Assembly (NCBI GenBank): GCA_963762565.1
Contig: CAVXLD010000014.1
Coordinates: 1 to 64,000, forward strand
Source of the DNA: an uncultured Verrucomicrobiae bacterium
GTDB taxonomy: Bacteria > Verrucomicrobiota > Verrucomicrobiia > Chthoniobacterales > JAFAMB01
DNA: 64,000 nucleotides
Direction of reading: 5' to 3'
Shown: positions 8,964-18,923 of the stretch, piece after piece
Numbering within the stretch: position 1 is the first letter of the stretch
Layout: each line of letters opens with the position of its first letter
The notes under the pieces: generated by a model
Databases searched by the model: none
What the model was told of the DNA's origin: nothing
What the model saw: the letters and a program-made list of their open reading frames with translations, nothing else
Made by a program: the position numbers and the translations under genes

Positions 8964-11024
8964 ATGACTGACCAAGAGTTAGATCAGTTGTCCATTAATA
9001 CGATCCGCACCCTTTCTATCGACGCAGTACAGCAAGCTAAGTCGGGGCATCCGGGCACGCCGATGGCGCTTGCTCCATTGGTTTACACGATCTGGAACCG
9101 GGTCATGCAGTTTGACCCGGAAGATCCCATCTGGCCAAATCGAGATCGGTTCGTGCTCTCGAACGGCCATGCGTCGATGCTGCTTTGGTCCATGCTTCAC
9201 CTGACCGGTACAAAAGCGGTGAATGCTGACTACGAGCGGCTGGGACAACCCTCCGTCACATTGGAAGATATCCGGCGATTCCGGCAACTCGATAGCAAAG
9301 CCCCTGGACATCCGGAATACCACTGGGTTTCAGGGGTGGAGACGACCAGCGGACCACTTGGTTCGGGCGTTGCCACCAGCGTCGGAATGGCCATCGCGCA
9401 GAAATGGCTGGCTGCCAGGTATAATCGACCTGGCTTCAATCTCTTTGACTATCGGATCTACGCGGTGTGCGGGGATGGTTGCATGATGGAAGGCGTCGCT
9501 TCCGAAGCCGCTTCGCTCGCAGGTCATCTTGGTCTAGGCAACCTCTGCTGGGTTTACGATAACAACCACATTACCATCGAGGGAAACACCCGGATTGCTT
9601 TCACGGAAGACATTGCGGCCCGTTTCCAGGGTTATGACTGGAACGTTCTGCGGGTTGGCGACGCCAACGATATCGATCGAATCGAGAGTGCCTTGCAGGT
9701 CTTCAAGCGAACGCCGGACCGCCCAACCTTTATCATCCTCGACAGTCATATTGGTTACGGTTCACCTCACAAACAAGATACTGCGGAGGCTCATGGCGAG
9801 CCTCTCGGCGAGGAAGAGGTACGTCTTACCAAGCGTAGCTACGGATGGCCCGAGGATGCGAAGTTTCTCGTCCCGGATGGAGTCCGCGAACATTTCGCGG
9901 CGGGCATTGGCGCGCGCGGTGCGAAAGCGCACCGGCAATGGGCTGATCTGTTCTCTTCTTACGCGGTTAAGAACCCCGAACTAGCTAACGAAATTGACCT
10001 CATGCAACGTCGGGATCTACCGGTGGGATGGGACCAGAATCTGCCAGTTTATGCAGCTGATCCGAAGGGTATCGCCGGCCGGGAAGCTTCCGGCAAAGTG
10101 CTGAATGTTCTGGCTCAGAATATACCCTGGTTTTTGGGCGGATCGGCCGATCTCGGTCCTTCTAACAAGACCACGTTGAAATTCGAGGGCGCCGGAGATT
10201 TTCAGGCAGATAATCCCAGCGGTCGGAATCTGCATTTTGGCATCCGCGAGCATGCCATGGGCTCAGTGGTTAATGGACTATCGTTGTCCAAGCTCCGCGC
10301 TTTCGGCGCAACCTTCTTTATCTTTAGCGACTATGCGCGTCCTTCCATCCGCCTCTCCGCGCTCATGGAGTTGCCCACAATTTTTGTCTTCACTCACGAT
10401 GCTATGGGTGACGGAGAAGACGGGCCGACTCATCAACCGGTCGAACATTTAGCGTCGTTACGGGCTATTCCCGGCTTGGTAACGCTACGGCCCGGTGATG
10501 CCAACGAAGTTGTCCATGCCTATCGCTATGTGCTTCAGCTGCGCCACCAGCCGGCGGTCTTGGCGCTCTCCCGCCAGCCGTTGCCAACTTTGGATCGAGC
10601 CAAATATGCATCGGCCAGCGGCGTGGCCCAGGGCGCCTATATCTTAGCCGATGCACCTGGGGGCAATCCCGAACTGATTTTGATTGCCTCCGGCAGTGAG
10701 GTGAGCCTCGCCGTTGAAGCGTATGAACAGCTAATTAAAGACGGTGTCCGCGCTCGAGTCGTGTCGATGCCGTCGTGGGACATTTTCGAGCGCCAGCCCT
10801 CGGAGTATCGGAATCGAGTACTGCCGCCCGACGTCAAAGCTCGGGTCGCGATCGAGCAGGCTTCGACATTCGGATGGGAACGCTATGTCGGCGATAAAGG
10901 ACGCGTCATCGGTATGCACACGTTCGGGGCATCAGCGCCGCTCAAGGAGTTGCAAAAGAAATTCGGGTTCGTCCCGGATCAAGTGGTGGCAGTAGCCAAG
11001 GAGGTCCTGGCATCTGTTAAATGA
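8964..11024 (+). CDS. tkt: Transketolase
   Basis: SGHPG, DRFVLSNGH, GDGCMMEG ThDP motif, FGIREH, GEDGPTHQP. Confidence 0.97.
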   Translation: MTDQELDQLSINTIRTLSIDAVQQAKSGHPGTPMALAPLVYTIWNRVMQFDPEDPIWPNRDRFVLSNGHASMLLWSMLHLTGTKAVNADYERLGQPSVTLEDIRRFRQLDSKAPGHPEYHWVSGVETTSGPLGSGVATSVGMAIAQKWLAARYNRPGFNLFDYRIYAVCGDGCMMEGVASEAASLAGHLGLGNLCWVYDNNHITIEGNTRIAFTEDIAARFQGYDWNVLRVGDANDIDRIESALQVFKRTPDRPTFIILDSHIGYGSPHKQDTAEAHGEPLGEEEVRLTKRSYGWPEDAKFLVPDGVREHFAAGIGARGAKAHRQWADLFSSYAVKNPELANEIDLMQRRDLPVGWDQNLPVYAADPKGIAGREASGKVLNVLAQNIPWFLGGSADLGPSNKTTLKFEGAGDFQADNPSGRNLHFGIREHAMGSVVNGLSLSKLRAFGATFFIFSDYARPSIRLSALMELPTIFVFTHDAMGDGEDGPTHQPVEHLASLRAIPGLVTLRPGDANEVVHAYRYVLQLRHQPAVLALSRQPLPTLDRAKYASASGVAQGAYILADAPGGNPELILIASGSEVSLAVEAYEQLIKDGVRARVVSMPSWDIFERQPSEYRNRVLPPDVKARVAIEQASTFGWERYVGDKGRVIGMHTFGASAPLKELQKKFGFVPDQVVAVAKEVLASVK

Positions 11025-11057
11025 GGAGCGTTCACTATGGCAGTTGTGCCCATCGTG

Positions 11058-11179
11058 GGGAGGGATCGCGTCCCCGCGATCTTTCGTTCTCGGAGCCGAT
11101 AGCATATATTCACCAGGGGTTGATTGCGCCGGTGGGCTCCGGTGTCGTCTTCACGGCGCGCGAGGACGCGTGCCCTCCC
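11058..11179. repeat. REP-like pair, family B
   Basis: gggagggatcgcgtccccgcgatc (11058-11081) and cggcgcgcgaggacgcgtgccctccc (11154-11179). Confidence 0.85.
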
Positions 11180-11230
11180 GGTACTGGGTTATCGCAAACG
11201 CTCGAAAATTAACCTGACCGTTTAACAAAA

Positions 11231-12058
11231 ATGAAACCTTATACTAACAAAGATCCGATTCGGTTGGTCCTGGCAGATGTCGATGGGACACTGGTAACCC
11301 AGGAGAAAGTACTAACCGCCAAAGCTAAAGCAGCGGTACAAAAGTTGAAAGAGGCAGGGATTACCTTTGCCATCACCAGCGGCCGACCGCCGGGCGGCAT
11401 GCGGACCGTGGTTAACGATCTTATCCTGACAACGGTGGTTGCCGGGTTTAACGGAGGGGTCTACGTGACGCCTAAGTTGGACCCGATTGTCACCCGCGAC
11501 CTGCCGAGAGATGCTGCTGCTCGGGCGCTTGAACTTATCACGGGGCACGGGTTAGACGCCTGGGTTTACACCGATACCGTGTGGTACGTCCAAGATCCCA
11601 AGGGGCCGCATGTTGACCGGGAAAGTTGGACGGTTGGCTTTCGGCCTGAGACAACGTCGGATTACTCCGCATACATTGGGCAGACGGCGAAGATTGTCGG
11701 CGTCAGCAACGACCATGAAGCGGTAGCCGCCTGCGAGAAAGTGGTTCAGCAGGAGCTAGGTCACCAGGTTTCCGCTGCCCGGTCGCAGCCATACTATCTA
11801 GATGTGACGCACCCGGCAGCTAACAAAGGGAGCGTAGTCGAGTTTTTGTCTGCGGTTTATCTTATACCGACAAGCAGCATCGCTACTATCGGCGACATGC
11901 CCAACGATGTCCTGATGTTCGAGAAAAGCGGGATGAGCATCGCCATGGGTAACGCCAGTGAATCGGTCCAAGCAGAAGCCAACTTTGTTAGTCACACGAA
12001 CGAAGAGGAAGGTTTTGCTCATGCCATGGAAACCTTTGTGCTTGGAGGAGCGGCCTAA
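11231..12058 (+). CDS. Cof-type HAD-IIB hydrolase
   Basis: DVDGTL, TSGRP, NKG, IGDMPND, AMGNA motifs. Confidence 0.93.
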   Translation: MKPYTNKDPIRLVLADVDGTLVTQEKVLTAKAKAAVQKLKEAGITFAITSGRPPGGMRTVVNDLILTTVVAGFNGGVYVTPKLDPIVTRDLPRDAAARALELITGHGLDAWVYTDTVWYVQDPKGPHVDRESWTVGFRPETTSDYSAYIGQTAKIVGVSNDHEAVAACEKVVQQELGHQVSAARSQPYYLDVTHPAANKGSVVEFLSAVYLIPTSSIATIGDMPNDVLMFEKSGMSIAMGNASESVQAEANFVSHTNEEEGFAHAMETFVLGGAA

Positions 12059-12252
12059 TCGTTCTCGTCCTCGTCCTCGAAAGGCTTTTCTACCCGCGTC
12101 TATGAACTGCGCGGCATTCGATTCTCGGAAAATGTACGATGACCCAATGATCAAATCGAACACGAGCACGTTAATCCTTACGAGATAGAATAACTAGAGA
12201 AGCTACTTTCGAGCGACCGCTGGTAACACTCCTTAATCCTAATCCATCCCTT

Positions 12253-13566
12253 ATGCCGGATCGCAATCCTACCGTTGTCATTGTTGGAGGAGGCTTTGGC
12301 GGCTTAGCCGCCGCTAAGGCTCTTCGGAACGCGCCTGTCAGCGTGATCTTGATTGACCGCCACAATCATCACCTGTTTCAACCGCTTCTCTACCAAGTCG
12401 CGACCGCCGTTCTGGGGCCGGCGCAAATTGCGTCTCCCATCCGAAGCGTACTTCGGGACCAGAGCAATTTGACGGTTATCCTGGGGGAGGTGACAGCGGT
12501 AGACAAGAATGAGCGGCGTGTGTTCGTGGATAACTCTGACCGGCAAGGGGTCCCGCTCAACTACGACTATCTGATTCTAGCGACGGGAGCGCAGCATAAC
12601 TACTTTGGACATGATGAATTTGAAAAGCATGCGCCGGGATTGAAGGGCTTGGCGGACGCGGTTGCTATCCGGAACAAGATTCTCCAGGCCTTTGAGCAGG
12701 CCGAGGCAGAGGAGGACCCAAGCCGGCATCAAGATTTACTGACTTTCGTGTTAGTCGGCGGCGGTCCTACCGGTGTAGAGATGTCGGGAGCAATCGCGAC
12801 ACTCGTCCGTAACACGATGCGCTCGGATTTTCGGCGCATCAATCCCGCCTCTGCCCGAGTGATACTGGTAGATCATGCGAAGCGGGTATTGGGCTCTTTT
12901 TCCGAACCGCTTTCCGCAGCTACTAAGAAGAGGCTGGAAGAACTTGGGGTTGAGCTCCGGTTAAATCAAAGCGTTGAACTTGTCGACGAAGACGGTGTCA
13001 TCGTTTCAGGTGAACGCATATTCAGCAAGACAGTTATCTGGACGGCGGGTGTAACTGCCTCGCCTGCGGCAAAGTGGCTAGAGGCGGAGAGCGACCACGC
13101 CGGACGGGTACGGGTACAAAAAGATCTCAGTCTTCCCGGTCACCCGGAGATTTTCGTAGTTGGGGATACCGCATCGATCGATCAATACCCACTCCCCGGC
13201 GTAGCCCAAGTAGCAATCCAAGAAGGCCGCTACGTGGGAAAACTGATTCGTCGACGTATTGCTCATGAACCGGCGCCGGCGCCTTTTAGTTACTTCGATA
13301 AAGGGAATATGGCAGTCGTCGGGAAAGGGTTCGCGATTCTAGAAAGCGGCAAGGTCGCCCTAAGCGGCTTTCTTGCCTGGTTAGCCTGGGCCGCGATCCA
13401 CATCGAATTCTTAGGCCAAGGAAGCCTGCGGGTGAGCGTGCTGGTGCAATGGATTTGGAGCTATTTAACAGGACAGATCGGTTCACGGCTCATTGTCAAT
13501 CACCACCCGTCGCCGCAGCCGAAACGTGCCAGCCAGCCCCAAGCGCCGGCAACCGCTACCAAATGA
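12253..13566 (+). CDS. ndh: Type II NADH dehydrogenase-like FAD oxidoreductase
   Basis: GGGFGG, FQPLLYQVAT, GGGPTGVE, WTAGV, PGVAQVAIQEG. Confidence 0.9.
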   Translation: MPDRNPTVVIVGGGFGGLAAAKALRNAPVSVILIDRHNHHLFQPLLYQVATAVLGPAQIASPIRSVLRDQSNLTVILGEVTAVDKNERRVFVDNSDRQGVPLNYDYLILATGAQHNYFGHDEFEKHAPGLKGLADAVAIRNKILQAFEQAEAEEDPSRHQDLLTFVLVGGGPTGVEMSGAIATLVRNTMRSDFRRINPASARVILVDHAKRVLGSFSEPLSAATKKRLEELGVELRLNQSVELVDEDGVIVSGERIFSKTVIWTAGVTASPAAKWLEAESDHAGRVRVQKDLSLPGHPEIFVVGDTASIDQYPLPGVAQVAIQEGRYVGKLIRRRIAHEPAPAPFSYFDKGNMAVVGKGFAILESGKVALSGFLAWLAWAAIHIEFLGQGSLRVSVLVQWIWSYLTGQIGSRLIVNHHPSPQPKRASQPQAPATATK

Positions 13567-13576
13567 ATAAATCGTC

Positions 13577-14971
13577 ATGAGTACAGCTGTGCAAGCAGAA
13601 CACCCAACCGGGGGATTTCACTCCCGGTTTTTCGTCCAAATTATCGCTGGGACCGCGGCGCTAGCCGGGCTCCTGTTCGGATTCGATACTGGCGTCATTT
13701 CCGGCGCCATTCTTTTTATAAAGGGCGCATTTGGGCTATCGCCATTTGCGGAGGAGGTGTTAGTAAGCGCCGCCCTAGTCGGTGCCGTGTGCGGTTCAAC
13801 TCTGAGCGGCCGGTTTACCGATGCTGTCGGGCGCAAACGCGCCATTCTCATCACCGCGGCTATTTTTACCTTGGGTTCAATTCTCTGTGCGGTGGCCGGG
13901 ACTATACCGCTATTAATCGTGGGACGCCTGGCGGTGGGCATCGCCATCGGGGTAGCCTCCTACACGGCCCCTCTCTACATTAGCGAAATGGCGCCTCCAA
14001 AGCTGCGCGGCGCGCTGGTTACTCTAAATCAATTGGCCATTACCTCCGGCATCTTACTGGCCTATGTGGTTGACGCGGTTTTTGCTCCCACTGACGGATG
14101 GCGGTTCATGTTCGCCTTCGGCGCTCTTCCCGCCATCGTGCTCGGCCTTGGCATTGCCGCGCTCCCAGAGAGCCCGCGTTGGTTGTTGCTGCATCGGCGC
14201 CGGGAAGAGGGAATCAAAGTTCTGACTGAGATCCGCGGAACCCAGGATGTGATGCCGGAGGTTAATGAGATCCTGGAACATGCAGAACCAGGTCGCGGTA
14301 AGCTTGCTGACCTGTTTTCCCCCATCGTCACGCCAGTGCTTTTCTGTGGTATCGCCCTAGCTGTTATTCAACAAATCACGGGAATCAACACCGTCATCTA
14401 CTATGCTCCTACCATCTTTCAGGCGGCCGGTTTTCATTCCGCTGAAAGCTCAATCATTGCCACTGCGGGTGTCGGGTTGGTGAACGTGTTGATGACGATT
14501 GTTGCCATTCCGCTGATCGATCGAGTAGGACGGCGGCCGTTGTTGCTCACCAGCTTAACTGGAATGGCTGTTTCGTTAGCGGCACTTGCTTGCGGATTCG
14601 CCATCGGCGGCGAAGCCTTGAAATGGATCGGTGTGCTGAGTCTGGCTGTTTATATCGCTTCTTTTGCGATCGGCCTGGGTCCTGTGTTCTGGCTGTTAAT
14701 TTCGGAAATTTACCCGCTCAACGTCCGCGGGCAAGCGGCCAGCCTAGCCACCATGGCGAATTGGCTCAGTAATTTTGTGGTGTCACTCACATTCTTGAGC
14801 TTGTTAAATGCGCTCGGCAGCGTTTCGACTTTTCTACTGTATGCGGTGCTCTCTGCCGTCGGTATTCTCTTCTGTCTTCGTTTTGTTCCTGAAACCAGGG
14901 GAGTACCTCTGGAGTCGATCGAGCGCGATCTGCGGGCCAGACGACCGCTGCGGAAGTTGGGAGCGGGTTAG
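13577..14971 (+). CDS. Sugar porter family MFS transporter
   Basis: GLLFGFDTGVISGA, PLYISE, PESPRWL, QQITGIN, PETRG signatures. Confidence 0.95.
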   Translation: MSTAVQAEHPTGGFHSRFFVQIIAGTAALAGLLFGFDTGVISGAILFIKGAFGLSPFAEEVLVSAALVGAVCGSTLSGRFTDAVGRKRAILITAAIFTLGSILCAVAGTIPLLIVGRLAVGIAIGVASYTAPLYISEMAPPKLRGALVTLNQLAITSGILLAYVVDAVFAPTDGWRFMFAFGALPAIVLGLGIAALPESPRWLLLHRRREEGIKVLTEIRGTQDVMPEVNEILEHAEPGRGKLADLFSPIVTPVLFCGIALAVIQQITGINTVIYYAPTIFQAAGFHSAESSIIATAGVGLVNVLMTIVAIPLIDRVGRRPLLLTSLTGMAVSLAALACGFAIGGEALKWIGVLSLAVYIASFAIGLGPVFWLLISEIYPLNVRGQAASLATMANWLSNFVVSLTFLSLLNALGSVSTFLLYAVLSAVGILFCLRFVPETRGVPLESIERDLRARRPLRKLGAG

Positions 14972-14993
14972 GTTGGCCGTCGGCGGTTCTGCA

Positions 14994-16040
14994 CTAGGGG
15001 TGAACGTCGCCGGCAGCAGCAAAGTCCGCTGCGGAGGAGGCTAATACTTCTCGGAACCAAAGGAAGCCGGGATCTCGCGCGACGCGCTCGTGCCAGACCA
15101 TTTCGATTTCAACTGTGATCGGCTTGTAGGGAAGTTTTAATAAGACGATCGAGTTGCGCTCAGCTAGCCAAAGAGCGAGTCGACGTGGCAATGTAGCGAC
15201 CATGTCAGTCACTTCGAGCATTGGAACAACAGCAGCAAAATACGGCACACAAACGGCAGCCCGACCCACTAAGGTGACATCCTTGTCTTGAAATTCCAGG
15301 AGAGCTCGCTCGATCCACACCCGGCGGGAAACGCCCTCGTCATCCAGAAAGCCATCCTTCTTGTGTTCCTCAGTACCGGTCATCTCTACAACCACGTGCG
15401 GGAATTGAAAAAGCCCTTTTTTGGTTACTCTCTTTTTAGTTAGCGGATGTTCTCTCCGTACGACCATCGCTTCTTGCTCCTTATACAATGACGATCGATG
15501 GAACTTATCGGGTAACCTTCCAAACCAACCGATGAATAAGTCAATTTGCTCGCTTTCAAGGTGGCGGACTGCATCCAGACGGCTTAGGGGAAAAATTCGA
15601 ATGTCGATGTTTGGTGCGGCCTCCGCCAACCGTTTGATCAGTCCTGGCAATACGGTAACAGAAACGTGGTCGCTGGCAGCGATTCGAAAGGTCCGTACCG
15701 CGCGCGCCGGTACAAACGGCTTGCTCACGAGTGCCGAGTGGAAATTCTGTAAACCTTTGCGGATGTCGGAGGCTAACTCGATCGCGCGTGATGTTGGCCG
15801 CATGCCGGAACCGCTGGGAAGAAAAAGTTCGTCATCGACAGCCTCGCGAAGACGACTCAGCGAATGGCTGATCGCGGACGACGTAACCGATAAAGCCTTC
15901 GCCGCCTTGCCAACACTGCGCTCCCGCATAACCGCATCAAAAACTCGGAAAAGATTCAGATCGACCCTTCGAATATGAACATTTTCACTCGTCGACTGAT
16001 CCCGTTTTCTGGGTTTTCGAGACCTAGTGTCCTGTCCCAT
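14994..16040 (-). CDS. LysR-family transcriptional regulator
   Basis: DLNLFRVFDAV...SVGKAA..LSVTSSAISHSLSRLR HTH plus substrate-binding domain. ATG at 16040 lies in a MITE end; alternative TTG start at 16097. Confidence 0.93.
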   Translation of the reverse strand: MGQDTRSRKPRKRDQSTSENVHIRRVDLNLFRVFDAVMRERSVGKAAKALSVTSSAISHSLSRLREAVDDELFLPSGSGMRPTSRAIELASDIRKGLQNFHSALVSKPFVPARAVRTFRIAASDHVSVTVLPGLIKRLAEAAPNIDIRIFPLSRLDAVRHLESEQIDLFIGWFGRLPDKFHRSSLYKEQEAMVVRREHPLTKKRVTKKGLFQFPHVVVEMTGTEEHKKDGFLDDEGVSRRVWIERALLEFQDKDVTLVGRAAVCVPYFAAVVPMLEVTDMVATLPRRLALWLAERNSIVLLKLPYKPITVEIEMVWHERVARDPGFLWFREVLASSAADFAAAGDVHP

Positions 16041-16059
16041 AAATAGCGTGGCTTTCGCC
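16024..16059. mobile_element. Solo MITE terminal repeat
   Basis: 35/36 identical to 1414-1449; no partner end seen nearby. Confidence 0.8.
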
Positions 16060-16303
16060 GTGAGGGTTTGTCTGGAAGCAGAGTGAATTATTGTCAATGA
16101 CGGTTTGAATAAGTTTCACTTTTCGAAACTGGCTGTCTTATTAGGCTCCTCCCCAATTATGGGAGATGAGCATTAAGAAAAACAGCACTTTGCTAGGATA
16201 TTCGGCTGAGAGGCCATCGATAGCGGGCAGATGAGCTTCGCGAGAATATTCCGATGGTTTTGTCGGGAAAAATTTGGGAAAGTGCACATAATATTCTAAT
16301 GCC

Positions 16304-16801
16304 ATGCACCAAATCGGATTTCGGTTGGTAAGGATCTTTACGCTGGCGACAATCCTGTATGCCGGCGGTCTTCAGACAACGTTGTACGCGCAGAGAGCAG
16401 CTAAACTGAGCCCTAAGGTGATGGCGGTCATCAACGAGCCAGTATTGGAACTAAAAGACGATGATTCCCCGCTGCTTCGCCTTAAGAAAGAGCGATTTAA
16501 TGCAGCCCTGAATGAAGCGAAGGCGCGATTCGATCTGTATAACCGTGGTTTGACCCGGATCCCGGAACTAATTGATGTCGGTGAAAGACTGTTCGCGGCT
16601 GAGGCAGATCTTTACGATGACCCGGAAAAGAAGGCCGAGGCTCTGCAGCGCGAATTAGACGTTTATGTTGAAGCCGAAACTAACCTGGAAAAGCAGGTTA
16701 AAGACGGCCTGGCGACGAAAGGTGATCTCGAGCGACTGCGATACGATAAATTAACTGTGCAGATCGCTCTTTTTAAGGTCAAAAATCCGAATGCACGATA
16801 A
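16304..16801 (+). CDS. Exported hypothetical protein resembling a TolC/OEP helical hairpin
   Basis: Signal-peptide-like N-terminus; all-helical with OEP-like repeats (YNRGLTRIPEL, VKDGLATKGDL); first gene of the efflux cluster. Confidence 0.65.
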   Translation: MHQIGFRLVRIFTLATILYAGGLQTTLYAQRAAKLSPKVMAVINEPVLELKDDDSPLLRLKKERFNAALNEAKARFDLYNRGLTRIPELIDVGERLFAAEADLYDDPEKKAEALQRELDVYVEAETNLEKQVKDGLATKGDLERLRYDKLTVQIALFKVKNPNAR

Positions 16802-16867
16802 CATTCGAGTAGACTTCCGCGGTGACCGGCATGAATCACTTCGCGCGCGAAATTGAAACCATAACGA

Positions 16868-18511
16868 ATGCAAATTAGCCCAGCGCCTCCAGCAGGCGGC
16901 CGATTTCGAGACAGCACAGGCTGCGGTAACCCTCGCGCTTTTGGCCAGGGAATGCATTTGGCCTTTTCTAGAGCGGTGATCAACGGCATTTTGAGCCTCC
17001 TCTCTTTCGCCGGAGCGGCAGCCGGCGGATCAAGAGATAGCGCGCCGCCTGCGCCAAACCAGCCATGGTCTGCGCCTGGGCTGTTAGAACACCAGACAGA
17101 CCTGCAAAACCGCCATTTGGAGACCGGGAGTAATGCTGAGGTTAACCCGCACAAAGTTTATGAACTTCCCGACCTGATCGATCTTGCCCAACGGCTCAAT
17201 CCTGAGACGAAGATTGCGTGGCAGCGGGCCAAGCAGGCCTTGGCTGCGGTTGGTCTGAAAGAGGTGACCTATTACCCCCTCTTGTCGGCTGCCGCTGCTT
17301 CTGGTTATACCCGGCTTTTCACTCCCTTACCTTCATTAAGCATTAACCGAGCCGCGTTAGTCCGCGCGATCGCAACCGGTGGACCGGCGAGTTCAGCCAT
17401 CAGCCTGCAGGATAATGGGGGAACCGCGCACCTCGATATTCTGGCTCAAACCACGCTTTCTGTGAAATGGCTGCTTTTCGATTTTGGTGAGAGAGCAGCG
17501 GCGGTGAAATCCGCGCGCGAGGATCTGCTAGTTGCCAACGTCGCCTTCAACGCGACCCATCAAAAATTGGTTTTTGAAGTAAGCCGGAACTTTTACGCTT
17601 ACAACAATGAGCGCGACGCGGTGCGGGTCGCTCAATCGAGCTTAGAGACGGCCGGTTCCGTGAACGAAGCCGTGGAAGCACGGTTCCAGAATGGTTTGGC
17701 TACAAAACCCGAGGTGCTCCAAGCGAAACAACAGTTGGCCCAGTCGCAATTCGATCTGCAGAAGGCTCTAGGCGCCGAGACGGATTCCCGGGTGGATTTG
17801 CTGGTTAGCATTGGCCTGCGGCCATCGGTAAAGATTCAGATCGCCGATAATTTTTCCGGCTCTGTTCCAACCGACATCCAAGCACCGGTGAGTGAATTGG
17901 TCGAACATGCCCTGGTGCAGCGGCCTGACATGATTGCAGCCGTCGCTAATATCCACTCAAAGGAAGCTAAGCTCGATGAGATCCGGGCGAGCTACTTTCC
18001 AAAAATTAGCGCGGTAGGAGGCGTTGGTTACGGCGAAGAACGGCTAAGCCTGGGGCGTAACAACAACTTTGACGCCGGGGCGCCCACTTTTGCTGGAGGT
18101 TTGGCCGTTGAATTCCCGATTTTGGACGGTTTTCTGCGCCGCGATCAGTTATCGGCTGCGGAATCGGCATTAGGAGAAGCGAATAGCCAGCTACAACAGA
18201 GCGGTGACCAAGCGGTTCGGGAAGTTTGGCAGGCCTACACCGATCTGCATACTGCTATCAGCAGCGAAACCGCAGCTGACGCCTTAGTACAGGCCTCGCA
18301 AGAAGCCTATGAGTCTGTGCTCGGTTCTTATAAACAAGGCTTTTCCACCTACACCGAGCTAGTAACCAACGAGACCAGACTGACCAGCGCACGGAACGCT
18401 CTCTTTCAAAGCCGGTCGGCGATCCACACGGCAGCGACGGCTCTGGCACTAGCGTTAGGCGATTTAGCACAGCCAGGCTCTCACGCCACCGTGACAGGTC
18501 TGCGCAAATAA
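16868..18511 (+). CDS. TolC-family outer-membrane efflux protein
   Basis: LPDLIDLAQRLNPET, WLLFDFG, RFQNGLAT..EVLQA, RPD, SYKQG. Start may be ATG 16952. Confidence 0.9.
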   Translation: MQISPAPPAGGRFRDSTGCGNPRAFGQGMHLAFSRAVINGILSLLSFAGAAAGGSRDSAPPAPNQPWSAPGLLEHQTDLQNRHLETGSNAEVNPHKVYELPDLIDLAQRLNPETKIAWQRAKQALAAVGLKEVTYYPLLSAAAASGYTRLFTPLPSLSINRAALVRAIATGGPASSAISLQDNGGTAHLDILAQTTLSVKWLLFDFGERAAAVKSAREDLLVANVAFNATHQKLVFEVSRNFYAYNNERDAVRVAQSSLETAGSVNEAVEARFQNGLATKPEVLQAKQQLAQSQFDLQKALGAETDSRVDLLVSIGLRPSVKIQIADNFSGSVPTDIQAPVSELVEHALVQRPDMIAAVANIHSKEAKLDEIRASYFPKISAVGGVGYGEERLSLGRNNNFDAGAPTFAGGLAVEFPILDGFLRRDQLSAAESALGEANSQLQQSGDQAVREVWQAYTDLHTAISSETAADALVQASQEAYESVLGSYKQGFSTYTELVTNETRLTSARNALFQSRSAIHTAATALALALGDLAQPGSHATVTGLRK

Positions 18512-18568
18512 GAAGGTACGATGACTAGGAAAAAGCCAAGACCCATCTCCACCGCCGGGCGCGATACG

Positions 18569-18598
18569 GGGAGGGCGCGCGTCCCCGCGCGCCGCGAA
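18569..18598. repeat. Family B REP, single arm
   Basis: gggagggcgcgcgtccccgcgcgccgcgaa. Confidence 0.8.
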
Positions 18599-18621
18599 CG
18601 CGGTTGCGCGCCAATCCGTCC

Positions 18622-18873
18622 ATGATAGATCCAAACATTTGCTATTCCGTGCGTGCTCCGATTGCCGCGTATGCTCCGAGCCTCGATGTCTATGGCTCTT
18701 ACTTCCCGGCCTGGCTGATCTGCCTGGTGGTGGGAGTAATGTTAACGATTCTTGCGAGTCTGCTCGGGCGTGTCTTCGACTTGAGCGCCCTTCGAAAGTT
18801 CGGTCCTTTGGTGCCGCTAAGTCTCATCCTGATTTTCAGCATAACCACCTGGTTCCTGTTTTTCGCATCCTAA
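18622..18873 (+). CDS. ytcA: YtcA-family small membrane protein
   Basis: APSLDVYGSYFPAWLIC signature; located directly before an mdtN-like gene. Confidence 0.85.
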   Translation: MIDPNICYSVRAPIAAYAPSLDVYGSYFPAWLICLVVGVMLTILASLLGRVFDLSALRKFGPLVPLSLILIFSITTWFLFFAS

Positions 18874-18923
18874 CGCCCAGTTTACCTCCTAGCTCCTAGA
18901 TTCTAGCTCCTAACTCCTACCCC

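Noticed and set aside
15421..15978. Long antisense ORFs (185 aa opposite LysR, 178 aa opposite cobN, 165 aa opposite pit)
   Set aside because: Shadow frames of well-supported genes in GC-rich DNA, with no independent motifs.
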